A stretch of DNA of 63,864 nt, filler included, from Lenisia limosa (GCA_001655205.1; 11 parts of 11 records of this genome joined end to end with filler, not necessarily neighbours in it); one strand, 5' to 3'. Positions 38,807 through 52,420 are shown, counted from the first letter of the whole stretch. The notes: generated by a model not told the origin, from the sequence alone. Made by a program: numbers and translations.

Positions 38807-40001
38807 GTTGATGTAATGGAGGATGTAGCTGTTGGGTTCGGCTTCAACAATATTCCCAGAGTTCGTGCCCCTTCTGGTTGGTACTGTTTTTTTGTTGTTG
38901 TTTTTGTTGTTTAAAGAACAGCAAACGTTTGTGTGATCCAGATTTATATTATCTTGNNNNNNNNNNNNNNNNNNNNNNNNNNNNNNNNNNNNNNNNNNNN
39001 NNNNNNNNNNNNNNNNNNNNNNNNNNNNNNNNNNNNNNNNNNNNNNNNNNNNNNNNNNNNNNNNNNNNNNNNNNNNNNNNNNNNNNNNACCATATTTGTG
39101 AACTTCTTCGTCCTGAAGTTGCCATGGCAGGCTACAGTGAAGTACTTAACTTCTCTCTGGTACGCATGCACCAAACACCCCTCCACCTCTTTGTCACACC
39201 TAACCCTTTTTTCAGCTTTCCCGTGCCGATCTGGGCTCTCTCTTGAACAGCCCGGAAGACAAAAATGCTGTGCATCTGGGCAACCCCAAAACCGAGGAGT
39301 TCCAGGTGAGATTCTGTTTACATCAAAATGCATTTGATCTTTTGTTTTCTTCAACTAACGAACCAAGGTGGCTCGTACCCGCATGTTGCCTGGACTGCTC
39401 AAGACCTTTCAATCCAACAAAAGCACAGCCCTTCCCTGCAAGCTTTTCGAGACAGGTGACGTGGTGGTGACGTGTGACAATGACGTTGGTGCCATTAACC
39501 AGCGCCACATCGCTGCCATCCACGTGGCCACTACCAGCGGTTTTGAACACATCCACGGTCTTGTTGACCGCATCATGCAGCTTCTTTCCATCCCCAATGT
39601 TGCAGTTGGCGATAAGTCTGGCTACTACATTCAAGAAAGTAACGGTGTGTTGGGTCGATTTTTTTTTTTAATTGATTGTGTTTTTATTCAGTATGTCTTT
39701 TTTTATGGGTGTGTTTTTCTCCCCTCTCCCCCCCTCCCCATTTTCCCACAACCTTTACTTAATAGATCCGGCATTCTTCCCCAAGCGCCGTGCTGATATC
39801 TTCGCTTTTGGTGAAAAGGTACTATCCTTTTCTTCTGCACTTCTTCGAATAATATCATACCTGAAATGACTCCTTTTCCAGGTTGGAACTTTCGGTATCA
39901 TCCACCCCATCGTTCTTGAGAACTACCAGATTCCTTTCCCTGCCTCAGCTCTTGAAATCACCCTCGATTCCATTGCTAAGGTTATCACCTTGAGGCCCTA
40001 A
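38807..40001 (+). CDS. FARSB: Cytosolic phenylalanyl-tRNA synthetase beta subunit, 3' part
   Basis: DVMEDVAVGFGFNNI, EVAMAGYSEVLNFSL, LGNPKTEEFQ|VARTRMLPGLLKT, LFETGDVV, FGIIHPIVLENYQIPFP; stop 39999-40001. Confidence 0.95.
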
Positions 40002-40319
40002 CTCCTAACTCAAATGTTCAATGTAGCTGGTATTGATTATTCCACATGTTTCGGGGTTTTCATCTTAAGCTTGGCTGCTGGGCTTCTTTTGATGACAATT
40101 TAATGGTCGACAAATCGTTATATTCCCTTTCTATTGTTAAGGGATATTACTTTACCTTTTTCCCAATTATTATATCATATCTGACACATTAAAACACATA
40201 AAACGTGCATGAAACCTGAATAAATATAAAATACATTTCAAAAACAAAAACAAATCAATACTGTACAATTGTCCCAAAAACCATGAACAAGAAACACAAA
40301 AAAAACCCTGTTAAACTCT

Positions 40320-41900
40320 AAAAACCCTTTGTATGAATCGAAGTGATGACTGGCCTGGCAGCCTGTAAGTGGTCAGAGTGAAAAGACCAGAAAAAAGATG
40401 TGCCATGAGTGTGCTGCACAGGACAGCACCAAAACATTTCATTGCAATATTCACCCTACTTGATGGAATGCTTGCGCTCTGCGCCACCCTTTCAACAAAG
40501 AATTTGTCTGGGAAGCAGGGTCAGGAGTCTCAACTTGGGGTGTTGTCAGTGAAGACGTTGTTAGTGTAACGCCTGAACGGAATAAGCAGGTGACCTCAAC
40601 ATGCAGCAGGTTGAATCTGAGTTGAGTTTACAAACCTGGAGTGGGTTGAGTCTTATACACATGGAAGGTGGTTTCAGCAACCGTGGGGGCGCCGAAGGTT
40701 GAAGAAGGGTCACATGCCAGATGGCCACAAGAAGAAAGGTAGTCAGTCTAGACAGTGATAAAGAATGAGTTAAGATTGCATGCAGTAAATCGTAAGTTTT
40801 CATTTTAAACTCTCCATCATACATAATTATCGAAGACAACAAGACCATCAGGATGATCTTCAGGGATTACTCGATCAGATGACGGGCGGTACTCGTTCCA
40901 AACAGCCACACATTTATGGTAAGCTTGCCAACATCCAACTCGTAGGCATGTTGGGGGTGTTGGTGCTGTGAAGTGAAAAAAGTCTGAGTAGAGGCTTTGG
41001 AAAGAGAGGAAAAAAAAACACTAAAAAAAGGCTTGAGAGGGCTGAAAAACATCAAACCACTTTAAAAGATCGTAGTAACTCTGTTTCTCTAACATACAAG
41101 ATTCTGGTTTTTCTTCCTCATCCGCTGTGTAAGGGCCAAGAGAACCCTGAAAGATGATAAGAAGGGAAAAGGCTGTTCAACTAAAAATATTATACTTTAT
41201 AAATTACATGTCGAGACATTATATAATATCATATGTATATATGATACAATTCCATGAATGAAACACCAGTATTCTAGAAATATAGATCAATGAGAGCTAA
41301 GTCAGCCCACAATAAAAGCAGGTTTTCCATTAGGGAGTACTCGTGAGGCGGCCAAGGCTGCTTCTTGTCGTAACTACATACTCAATGAACATCGGATAAT
41401 ATGTCGCAAAAAGAAAGTAATGAGTGTGTTGTAATGAAGATAAAAGACGATCTGAAAATGATTCACATCAGTAACCCAATACAAAACAACTGGCAATTCG
41501 CAGCTTTCTGCATACCTTCCCTTGCTGTCTTCTTTCTCTCGGAAGCATTGTCATCCATTCATAAAAGTGACTGTGATGTTACTCGTATGCAATCATTTGT
41601 ACAGAGGAGCACATTAGGGCAATTCTAAAATACAAACGAAATAATGTTTCGGTTTTGACGCGACAAAAAGCACCTTACAGTCAGCCTACTGGGTACAGTG
41701 CTTCGACCACATTGCATTCAGATCAGTTGGTTTTTCTGAAGTATCATTCTTGCATTGTGAAATGAGAATTACAATACCGGCCAAACACAGTCCATAAGAT
41801 ATTTTTATAGCTCACTATTAACTCACCAGTTCATCGGCCTAACACCATCGCACTTACTCGGATTAGAATTCAGTGACCCCTGACAGGCCCTCCTAACCCC
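40320..41900 (-). CDS. Hypothetical multi-exon gene, convergent on FARSB
   Basis: Open exon-like segments (EDHPDGLVVFDNY, GHLACDPSSTFGAPTVAETTFHVY, RQEAALAASRVLPNGKPAFIV); family not recognised. Confidence 0.35.
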
Positions 41901-42291
41901 TTTTTTCAGATGTTTAAAAATTAGAATTGAAGATATCAAAGGCCTATTCTTATTGGGAAGGAAAAATATANNNNNNNNNNNNNNNNNNNNNNNNNNNNNN
42001 NNNNNNNNNNNNNNTTAATTAATTAANNNNNNNNNNNNNNNNNNNNNNNNNNNNNNNNNNNNNNNNNNNNTATATTCTTCACCCCCCCCCCCAGGAATAA
42101 CTCTTCACAGAGTGGCTCTCCATCAACCTATCTATTTGATGCACTACGGCTTTCTGTAAAGCTGCAGACTTTGCGAAAGCGTCAGAAGCGGCAGCAGGTT
42201 TTTTGTTGGTCAGATCTCTCTGAGATTCGGACCAAAGCCCCAAAATAACCCAAATTTATTACGGTTTGTCGTCCCTGGGGGAAGCATTGTA

Positions 42292-43068
42292 TCAAATGAC
42301 GCTGGAGTTAGCGACAGACTGAGCTTGGAGGGCCCGGAGTTCATGGACGGGATCATGGTCAAGGAGAGGAGAGGAGCAGGTAAAGGTGATGGCGGAGTGA
42401 GGGGAATTCTTGATAAATTTCACGGTCATACTGGCCTCATTGCCGTCAAACTTGATGTTGTCTATGGTGGGACCTCTCTCAAGGTCTTTAGTGGTAGGGG
42501 GGAGGAAATCGCCCATGCGGCAGATTTCGTAGTAACCTGCGAGGTAAATGGCTCAGATGAGGATATTCTTCTTGTTGGGGCCAGTCAGGAGGCCGGTGCG
42601 TACGAGCTTGTGAAACTGGGCGGACGACCTATCGGGGGCCTGTTTGATTGGCTTGGACTTGTTAGCCTTGATGCTCAGGAGCATTCTGGATATTAGTAAG
42701 ATATGACTCGTAATTGAAATACCTTTGGGCTGCATAATAAACAATGATAAACTTTCTCTTCTGTAATGGGAAGTGGTTCCATTTTCACTTCCTCGCAGCA
42801 GTCCAAGTATGACTTGATGCCAGACTTGTACGTTTTTACGGAGGTTTTGCTGGCGGCGGATTCCAGGAGGTCCTGTTTGACACGCTTGCGGGTTAGGCCT
42901 TCGGACTCAGAGATGCCTTCTCGGCTGGTAGCATTGGTGGCCGAGGGAATGTACGCTAAGTGGAGCGTGGACGCGGTCTTGAGGAGGCAGTGGTTGAGAT
43001 CTCGCCTATCGGGAGACGACTCACGAAGTCCCTGAATGATGAGGTCAGCATATCTCTCGGGATACTGG
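42292..43068 (-). pseudogene. DIRS/Ngaro-type retrotransposon remnant: RNase H C-terminus + tyrosine recombinase (frameshifts and stops)
   Basis: LHLAYIPSATNATSRE (RH end), SKTSVKTYKSGIKSYLDCC..PLPITEEK (core-binding domain), LI*AIYLAGYYEICRMGDFL..IDNIKFDGNEASMTVKFIKN (YR Arg-I region). Confidence 0.75.
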
Positions 43069-44389
43069 TATATTTATCAATGTTTGCAAATGTAACACAT
43101 CAAAACCAGTATTAATTTGTCTCATCTAACAAAATAAATTTGAAAGCAGAGATCAACTTTTGTTCATCATAGTACGAACTTTAGTTTTTACAAACTGTTT
43201 TTAAACATCATAATATTTAATCATTCATCATTAGCGTTATTCAATCCACACTACAATATGGTCCTTTTATTCTTCTTGGTATTGCACACATATTCTAACT
43301 TCCTTCTCTGTGATACTGTGGTAAGGTGACACGTAACATTTCTGGTCAGATTTCTCTGAGATCCGCACCAAAGCCCCATAGGGCCCTATCATGTATTAAT
43401 ACAGTTGTTAGACATAAACACATTAGGTGGCACAAAGGGGTCTGCGGAGGGAGGGGTGCCGACAATGGGTTGAGAGGTTTTCTGTAAAAAGAGGGTTTCA
43501 CTAAAATACAAGTGAACTGAACTTGAAAATAGTCTCTCTAATTCTTCATAGAATCCTGATAGAATCTGGCTCGGGTGAATGTTGAAGCAAATTACATTAT
43601 TTATTGCTTCGGGGGTGTCATATTATATTGTCTTCTGACTTTAGTTTTGCTTATGACATCCCTATTCGGTGACAGATAATTTCAGCCTGATAATGAAGAA
43701 CAAGGCACCATTGTTCCATTTTTTAGAATTATGAATATGGTCAGCTGACCATTTCATGCATTACCATTTTTTTTGGGTATGATTGTTCTTTGTTTGTGGG
43801 TATCATTTTCTTCCCCTTTAGTACGTAATAAGGAGGAATTGAGATATTGACACCCGAGGTTGTTTGTTCAATATTTGCTGTTCCATATCTCGAATAAAAG
43901 CCATGTTAACCACACTTTTGCAGCTAAATCGTATTTTATTCTTCTTGTTATTACACACAAATAATCTTACTTCCTTCATTACTGTGGCAGTGCACTTTCC
44001 TCATTTGTTGCCTTGACACTCTCAACAAATACCGTTAAAAATGAATCTACACCAGAGCACAAATAACCTTGAACGTATGACACCAGGGGGGGGGGNNNNN
44101 NNNNNNNNNNNNNNNNNNNNNNNNNNNNNNNNNNNNNNNTTAATTAATTAANNNNNNNNNNNNNNNNNNNNNNNNNNNNNNNNNNNNNNNNNNNNGGATG
44201 CTCAGTTTTAATTTCAAGGAGGGGTGCACCAACAACACCAGTAACATTATAACATTAATATCATTAATAAAACCAATAACACCAGTTAATAATTAATCAA
44301 ACCAATAAGACCAGTAACATCAATAACATTAATAACACCAATAAGACCAATAACATGAATAACGTTACTAACATTAATAACATTAATAG

Positions 44390-47300
44390 GACGGAAGCTC
44401 GACCCTGGATGTTGAAATGACCCCCATGGAGACTGCCTTTCCGATGTTTGATGCTGGACGCGCCTTCGGTAAGGGTTATCCTTAGGGCTTCCGTACGGTA
44501 CCAAAAAAGACTGAAATTCACGATAATTCCTCGATAAATATCGACATTTTCACGGACGTAGGCAAGCCCCCTAGTTATGGGGCTACAAAACACACATGGG
44601 AAAATGACCCAAAAAGTGAGAACTTGTTTTAACCAACAGGCACCTCTTCTCTTGGAGAAAACGACTGGGGGTCTGCATCTCCTTCATTGATGTCGAAGGT
44701 TGGGGGGGGGGTGAGAAATATACATTGACTGGGATAAGTCTTGACGATTTCCGAAGGAAAATCGGTCAAGACTTAACCCGGTCACTGTACAGTGATCGCG
44801 ATAAGTTGTGACACAGAGCTGTAGGGATAAATTTTTATCTATTACGACAAATGATTATTCTACTACTATTATCCATTATCTCTTATAATCGGCTCGTTTA
44901 CTCTTTTCTTTCATAAAAAACGTTTCTTCACTTGCAAAGCAAAAATAATAATAATAATAAATATATAAAATTGTGTAGACGGCTTCGACCAGACCATCAT
45001 CTCTACATTTAACAACCGTCAATGTTTTCGATTTTGTTATGTCATATCTCAGATCACGTTTTCAACTATTCGGTTCTTCTGCTACGCTAACACACCGGGA
45101 AGAACCGTGCACTTTAAGTGGCTGGGGTTGTCTTTCGTCCCCCCTCTCCTTTTTTTTTTTTATAAAAAAACAATTATATTGGGTTTGCTCATTTTTTTTT
45201 TTATTTAAATGTGGCTGGTGTTTCATATTCGGCTTTTTGTATGGTGAACTCTGAAGAGTCATACTTTTCAGAATGGTGGGGAAAAAGGTGGATACTGTAA
45301 AATCCGCTCTCGCCCCCTGTCTTTCGTACATATGCATATCATCTCGTTTTGTATTGCAATGAAAATTAATAAGCATTTGAAATTGAAGATTTTTCAATTA
45401 TAATCTTCAAGGATGACAAGCCCTTCTGTCGTGGACTATTTCAAAACTGGTGAGGGTTTTTTTTTATTAAAACAAAACATATTTTAATTTTATTAAAAAA
45501 AACATATTTTAATTTTAAGAAAATTGGATGACTTCCTGTATTCTGATAAAAATATGTATGTTTTTTCCTCCCCCTCACTTATTTTCATTGTTTTGAAGCA
45601 CTTGAGGTTCATCATATGTCCAGCCACGGAGGGGAATAACTAGGGCTTCACTTAGGTTCGAAAAAGACCGGTAAAATAGTCATAGTCGAGGATTTATCGA
45701 GAAATGAAGCCCTAAGGATAGCCCAGTAAATCCTCGACAAATCCCAGAAATATATAAGGCGACCTATATGAGTGTGAATTCCAATATGAGTGTGAATCCT
45801 GACTTGCGATTTCTTGAAAAATAGAATGTCACAGCCTGTAAGTTATCTCAATTTTGACTGTTTTGACTCAAATAAACATATAATTGCATAGAATTGATAG
45901 GGCAATTTTTTCATTTTTGGAACAAATTCACGGAACTGAACTGAACTGAACTAAATTTGTCTATTTAAGTGTAAGCCCTTTTGCTCAGACTTCCTTTTTT
46001 GCAAGAGTTTACAAAGGTCTCAGCTGACAGAGTGGGAAATTGTATCGACTGTTATTCTTAATCAAGGGGGTTCGATTCCAGGCGATCTCATTTTTTGTGA
46101 CGTAATGGTAAGCTTGGTGTTCATCTTTAATTGTTGTCTGTAGGTTCAGTTAGACATTGATCAATTACCTGAATGGGCTACACATATTGATTTTCAATCA
46201 CTTTCCTTTAATACTGCAGTGGAGATATTATATTTTAATCAATTTGATGCCACACTAGGATCAAATTATTAATGCTATCTCCTTAAATGTTTTGAACCAT
46301 CTGCCAAATTGGGCCCGACGTGCTTCAAGGAAAATTGAAAAGGATATTTTTGATCAGTTGATTTTTACTGATAAGGTTTGAATAGTTATTTGTAATATTG
46401 ATCAAAGAAATTAGTCAGCTCAGAGGTCTTGAAGGGGGAAAATTTTATATCAGAGATTTGGCAGATTTGAAAACCAAAGAAGCAAGACAAAAGATGAAAG
46501 AATCCTGATGAATTACCTTGTTCTAATCATCCAAATATGTTTTCTGATGATCCCACTATTCAATTGGAAAATGCTGACGAAAATAACCGCACTGAAAATG
46601 GAAGGACTTGTATCAAACCAACGATGTCTGAGAAGGAAGCCTTCCAGCATCTTCTCAAGAAAAGGAAGCAGGAAGAAGCCGAATCAATGAAAGCAGCTCA
46701 AAAAAAGAAAAAGATCAAAGATGATGAAATACATATTCAAGCAGGAGCTGAGCGCGCTTTAACTGTTGTTAATAATGTTGAACCTGTCACTATTGCTACT
46801 CGAGGCCAAGGTCAAGGAAAAGGAAGAGGAAGAGGAAGAGGACGTGCAAGGGGAAAGTAAAAACTTGATTAATCTATATATTTTTAACTATGTACTGCTG
46901 GGGAGCACAGGAATTGTCTATATTTTCAAAAAAATAATTCATAATTATCATATAATTTTAAGAAAAACAAGTCAGGATTCACACTCATATTGGGATTCAC
47001 ACTCATATTGGGATTCACACTCATATAGGTCGCCCAGTAAATCCTCGACAAATCCCAGAAATTATATATTATTCAGAAATCCTCGAATATTCACCATATG
47101 GTGGTTCTTTAGGGAGGATAATGATTCAAGTTTATTCATAGAAAGAGGGGAATAATGATTTAAACTCTTGGTAATGGAAGGAGTAATGATTTAGGTTTAA
47201 CACAAAAGTAAGGCTTCCCTACGGTCCCAAAAAACAGAATTACTGGATAAAATCCTCGATAGATATCGATATTTTACCGGTCTTTTTCAGACTGTAGGGA

Positions 47301-48260
47301 AGCCCAATACATAAGGAATGGAGAATAATGATGTTGAGTCACTTTCCTTATTTTCCTTCTTAATCCCGGCGGTTAACTATACAAACAAAAAGCACCCCGA
47401 GATGAGGTTCACATGTTCAGGTACTATGTCGACAAGAAACCAGCAAATCCTTGACTACAAAGTAGGCGTGGCTTATCAACACTCTGAACAAACTTGTATC
47501 GTGGATGCTTTTCTCATAATGTTATTTTTGTCTTTATTGTGTTGTACATCTTGATGAAAACCTTCTCGCTTTCTATATTCTATATAGCAACATGATGTGT
47601 ACTTAATATGCAGTATCTTTACTTTTTGTTTCAGAAAACGTTTTACCCAGCCCAGGCTGCTACATTGCTAGAAGGACACAACGCAGTGATTCCCCATGAT
47701 TCGGAAACAGTTTGCTTCTGGCTTACAACGCGATTACTAAATTAAATGCAATTTTGAGGAAATAAGAAATATGAAGCATAGTTGATATATATGTACATGT
47801 TAGGGATTTTCTCTCTCACCATTTAATTATTTCGTAACTATTTGAAATTGTGTAGTATCAGAGTTTTTTTTCTTTCTTTAGTTTCCAGATCTTGACAGTA
47901 TTTCACCCCCCCTCGAGGATGCGGTGCTGCAGCGAGTGGCCTGGCTTTTTTTTTTTTTGTTGTTATCAACCCTCGNNNNNNNNNNNNNNNNNNNNNNNNN
48001 NNNNNNNNNNNNNNNNNNNNNNNNNNNNNNNNNNNNNNNNNNNNNNNNNNNNNNNNNNNNNNNNNNNNNNNNNNNNNNNNNNNNGCCCCCCCATCAGGTG
48101 GTGACAGCAGTTCCCCAGACGAACTACCCAATGATGAGTCATACCGTATACGTCCCCAGTATGAACCACTGGGTGCTTCCCGACCCTACTTACACGGTAT
48201 ACCTGGGGGTACGAGAAAGCTGTGTAGCAAGAGCTGTGCGCTTCAGCGCGTTGACTTGAG
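44390..48260 (+). CDS. Hypothetical multi-exon gene fragments interrupted by MITEs and a 1.3-kb element
   Basis: GT-AG bounded open segments at about 44390, 44640, 45050, 45410, 47630, 48098; frames not resolved. Confidence 0.35.
44483..44573. mobile_element. hAT-type MITE family A (subfamily A2)
   Basis: TAGGGCTTCCGTACGGTACC ... GGACGTAGGCAAGCCCCCTA. Confidence 0.8.
44723..44787. mobile_element. Tc1/mariner-type MITE family C
   Basis: TA|CATTGACTGGGATAAGTCTTGAC ... GTCAAGACTTAACCCGGTCACTG|TA. Confidence 0.85.
45641..45714. mobile_element. hAT-type MITE family A (internally deleted)
   Basis: TAGGGCTTCACTTAGGTTCG ... GAAGCCCTA. Confidence 0.8.
45758..47034 (+). mobile_element. 1.28-kb TIR element with subterminal TATGAGTGTGAAT repeats, carrying a degenerate RG-tailed ORF (46537-46860)
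   Basis: TIR GGCGACCTATATGAGTGTGAAT..CCTGACTTG (45758-45806) mirrored at 46968-47034; ORF ends RGRGRGRGRARGK*. Confidence 0.75.
47209..47307. mobile_element. hAT-type MITE family A (subfamily A2)
   Basis: TIRs plus degenerate TSD CACAAAAG/TACATAAG. Confidence 0.85.
47912..48097 (+). mobile_element. Acceptor-terminal intronic repeat, family I (gapped)
   Basis: CTCGAGGATGCGGTGCTGCAG..TTATCAACCCTCG, N gap, C-run-ATCAG|exon. Confidence 0.7.
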
Positions 48261-49139
48261 ATTCTTTGAAAATGCTAGGGCTACAATAATTTACCTGGGA
48301 GTTTCATGTAATTGGATGGAAATCCGAAGAATATTTTAGAATTCCAAGTTTATTAATGGTGGAGTGGACGGCTTAGGCCAGATACCTATTCCACATACGA
48401 CCATCCATTCAGCCTCAACAAAAGAAGACAAGAAGGGTTTAACTAAAGGGACATGATTTTGAATATCTCTTTTAGACTGATTGACTAATTAGCCAGTTTA
48501 GTCGCTTCCTGATGGTGATGATGAATTTATTTTAGAGATTAATTTAATGACTTTTAGAGGCTTGATGAAGATTGATTTGGTAACGCTTCTAGAGTCGCTT
48601 CTATTGTGACGATACTGGTAGTGCCAGCCCCTTGAGCAAGCATCACATCTGGGTCCAGTAGTAGTTAGTCTGTATAATTATGTATTAATATACGCAATTG
48701 CTTACATTACAATCGAAATCTGTATTCTGCTTAATGGGGTGGACGGCTTGGCGACGCTTATTATTATTATTTTTTTTCATCTTAGTATCGATAGTACATA
48801 TTCAGAGAAATGATATTTATTATGGAGTTCGTATAAGTTATGGCGGATGGTGCAAACTACTGCTCNNNNNNNNNNNNNNNNNNNNNNNNNNNNNNNNNNN
48901 NNNNNNNNNNNNNNNNNNNNNNNNNNNNNNNNNNNNNNNTAATGTGATTGTTTTTCGAGTATTGTCCCTCGAGTTGATCCCCCCCTTAAATTCATTTTCG
49001 AAAGAAGAACCACGTGAATCGTTCAATTCGCAATTTCGAACAGCATCCGAAATTTTCTGTTAAACGTGTGTGTGCGGGCATATTTTAGGCCCCGTTCAAC
49101 GAACAATTTCAGATGCACACATAAAAAAAAGACTTTATT

Positions 49140-50460
49140 AAAGATGCTGAAGAAGACAAACACAAAACAAGAAAAGCCTAGAATACAGCAGCGACTCCTA
49201 GGGACTCCCATATCCATATCTGAAGAAATGAAATAATTAGATACGATTTACAAAGCACTTTTTTGAATTACTCCCATCCACAGACCCGGAGATGAGAAAT
49301 ACAATTGTAAATGAAACAATATCATATGACGTTATCTATGATATGATCTGCATTCAAATAGCCCTCCCTATTGAGAATGGCACATATGAACAACATGGGG
49401 AGAAGACATGGGGCGGAAGGATTATCAATAGGGATTCCTTAGAGTCCCAAAAAGACCGAATTTGCCGATAAGCACTAGAAAAATAGCGATATTTAATCGG
49501 TTTTAATCGGACCATAGGGAATTCCTACTTATCGATGATTAATCACAAGGTTATATTTAATGTAATTTTCTGATTTCAAAAAAAATATGAACATGGTAGA
49601 GTGAACCAAAATAATGGATTGGAAGAAGTCCCAATGAGACAATACCGACTTTTCGATACTTCTCGAGAGATGGTAAATGCGCTGTCATCCGAACCATTTT
49701 CGAGCGATTCTCTGGAGATTGTAAACAGTTGTCTGATAATTGTGAAACAAAATAAAATAATAATATTTGTAAATTGCAAATAGGTGTCTGAAAATTGTAA
49801 ATCTTTGTTAAATAACTGTCATAGACCCCCCCCCCTCACCAAGGAAGGACAGGAGGTGCGCCAGTGAATCTGACAGGGTTTCAAGCTGCTCTCCAAATGA
49901 GTCGATGTTTTGGGTAAACTGGAGGAAATAAAAATAAAAATAAAATAAATAATAATAATAAATATATCATGAAAACTAAAGAGGTCCCCCTAAAATATAT
50001 ATTGTATATGACATGTAATAATAATATAAAATGAAAGAGGTCCCCTAACCTTATCAACTACCAACTCCAATGCAGAGGCCTGAGGCAGAATACCAGCGAA
50101 ATACTGCTCTGCAAACTTTATGTTCCCCTTTAGGACTGACTGGATTGTTAGGGGGAATACTCAGGACATCTTGAAGAGTGACGGAAGGGAATATCCACTT
50201 GTGATATGGTCATATGATGATAGAATTATTCTTCCACAGATGGAATATTTAGAAAACATGCAGTTGTAAAAATTGTCATGTATTTTATTTTACTCATAAA
50301 AATACCACCTAGCTATATTACCTTTTGTTTTTTAACAGATACTCAAAGTACAATACCACGCCATTTTTTTTAGATGAGCTGACGTTTTGGTAGAGAACAG
50401 CGGCCCAGTCAGAGTCTCGAGTGAGGCCGAAATTGCGGGAGAGGCTGTAGGAAATCTACA
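49140..50460 (-). CDS. Hypothetical multi-exon gene
   Basis: Exons such as IKFAEQYFAGILPQASALELVVDK and FGEQLETLSDSLAHLLSFL with GT donors. Confidence 0.4.
49429..49527. mobile_element. hAT-type MITE family A (subfamily A2, degenerate)
   Basis: TAGGGATTCC ... GGAATTCCTA; TSD ATTATCAA/CTTATCGA. Confidence 0.75.
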
Positions 50461-51084
50461 AAGGTGACTGAAACTCTATATTTGGGGACCAGGGAAATGA
50501 AATTGGATATTAATCTACAAAACATACATTTACAAATGATATTATTTGCAATATAGTCTCTCTTGAAACTAGGATGATATGAAACAGTACTATATCATGC
50601 TATGCCTCTTACATGGAAATCCCAAGTTGATGAGAATTGATACCTTAATCCCCAAAGAAGAAGGCTGGCCCCTGCACCTCCTCAGAGAGCATGAGGACCC
50701 AACAACGCTTCGACGCTTCCCCCGACATATGGTCCTAATGTGTATTTGTTTCCCTTGTCTTGTATTCAACACATTTTTTACCCCCCCCCCCNNNNNNNNN
50801 NNNNNNNNNNNNNNNNNNNNNNNNNNNNNNNNNNNTTAATTAATTAANNNNNNNNNNNNNNNNNNNNNNNNNNNNNNNNNNNNNNNNNNNNACTAAAACG
50901 AAGGACAGCAAATGTAAAGATCAGAAAAACAAGGTATGTCGATTTTAGTAGAACGATATTAATTCAATCATTTGCATATCAACGCTGTACAAAGCTTTCT
51001 ATTGAATAATTTAAAAACAAAAACAAAAATAGAAAAAGAAAAAGAAAAAGAAAAAGGAAAAGGAAAAAGAAAATACCAAAAGGC

Positions 51085-51990
51085 AGCAAACTGACCGAAG
51101 AGTCCTTAAGCAGGTACTCTATTGAATCTGCCAAGGCGGGACAACAACAGATTGGTTGTATAAGACAAAAACAAGCTTAAGAAACCTCGGAAATGGTTGA
51201 AAAATTCATTGACCAATTGGAGGTAAACGATGACCACCAACATGGTAAGGGTTGGTAGATCTCACGAAGCAGTGAAAAATTGGAACCTCTTGTAAAAGAC
51301 GCCATGAAAACAGTCTTACTTGGGGGTAACCTGCAGGTAAGAGCGTTTCTTTGGTCTTATGTCACCCTATTCAGGCTATCGGATCAGACAATGCGTCTAA
51401 GGATGGGCAGTTTCTAACTAACTTGGCCAAGGAGTGTTATGCTGTTGGCAAAACTCTTTGAAAAATAAACCCATCATTCCACTCTTTTTTTTTTTTTTCA
51501 AGAAAAAACTTGACTGATATTAGGAGGGACGCACAAGATCAAGCCCAATTTCATCCAGCGGCACCTCCTCTGATCCCTTCGATGCCGTCTATCAGGCGAA
51601 AAGGGTGAGGATGTCCTTTAAATGACATCATCTGTAAATGATATCACCTTTGCTTGTTATCACCCAGATACCATGCTATCCTCAATTTCAAGGTATGACG
51701 AAGCGTAACTATTTTTTTTGTCAAGAATCCGTCCCTTCACGGCAGATATGATGGCAACATCACCATTAAACATGGACACTGCGCTCAATCGGGAGTTCAA
51801 GGACGCAGTGATAATGGCATGGAAGTCGCCGGTTTATTCTGTAATTAACCAGGAAAACCGGACCATTGCGATTAAGAAGCGAATGGAACGTCTCCTCAAA
51901 GGAGCACGGCGAGATCTAGCGGAGGTGGGATAATTGATATTATTTCACGTGGGCTTAGACCTTTTTACAAGGCTGTTCTACAGATTCTGT
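51085..51990 (+). CDS. Hypothetical helical protein, 3' part
   Basis: Short-intron chain: EMVEKFIDQLE|ISRSSEKLEPLVKDAMKTVLLGGNLQ|AIGSDN..|ENRTIAIKKRMERLLKGARRDLAE|AVLQIL*. Confidence 0.45.
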
Positions 51991-52420
51991 AAACGGATTT
52001 GGTAATAATCTTCCGGCTTTTATTCAAGATGATGTTGTTCTCTTCAAGTAATGTAGCACTAGAATCAATTCAGATTTTAAAGTTTCTATTAAAAGCTCCC
52101 AAAAATAAAAAGCAGAGTAAGGAGTGCGACTCCACAAGTTAACTTGAGCCGAGCTTTGAGAACCAACTTTTCAGGCAATTTCTTCCGTTCATCGTTTTAT
52201 TATTATTGGTCATACTTTGTCTTTGTGCAGGGTTATTTTTGTCTCATACAACCTCGAAAATAATATGGGAAAGATATAATGATGATACAATCAGGAACAA
52301 TAAAGAGAAAAACAAAAACTANNNNNNNNNNNNNNNNNNNNNNNNNNNNNNNNNNNNNNNNNNNNNNNNNNNNNNNNNNNNNNNNNNNNNNNNNNNNNNN
52401 NNNNNNNNNNNNNNNNNNNN

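Noticed and set aside
42325-43035. Plus-strand ORFs 42325-42696 and 42766-43035
   Set aside because: Antisense shadows of the minus-strand tyrosine recombinase remnant.
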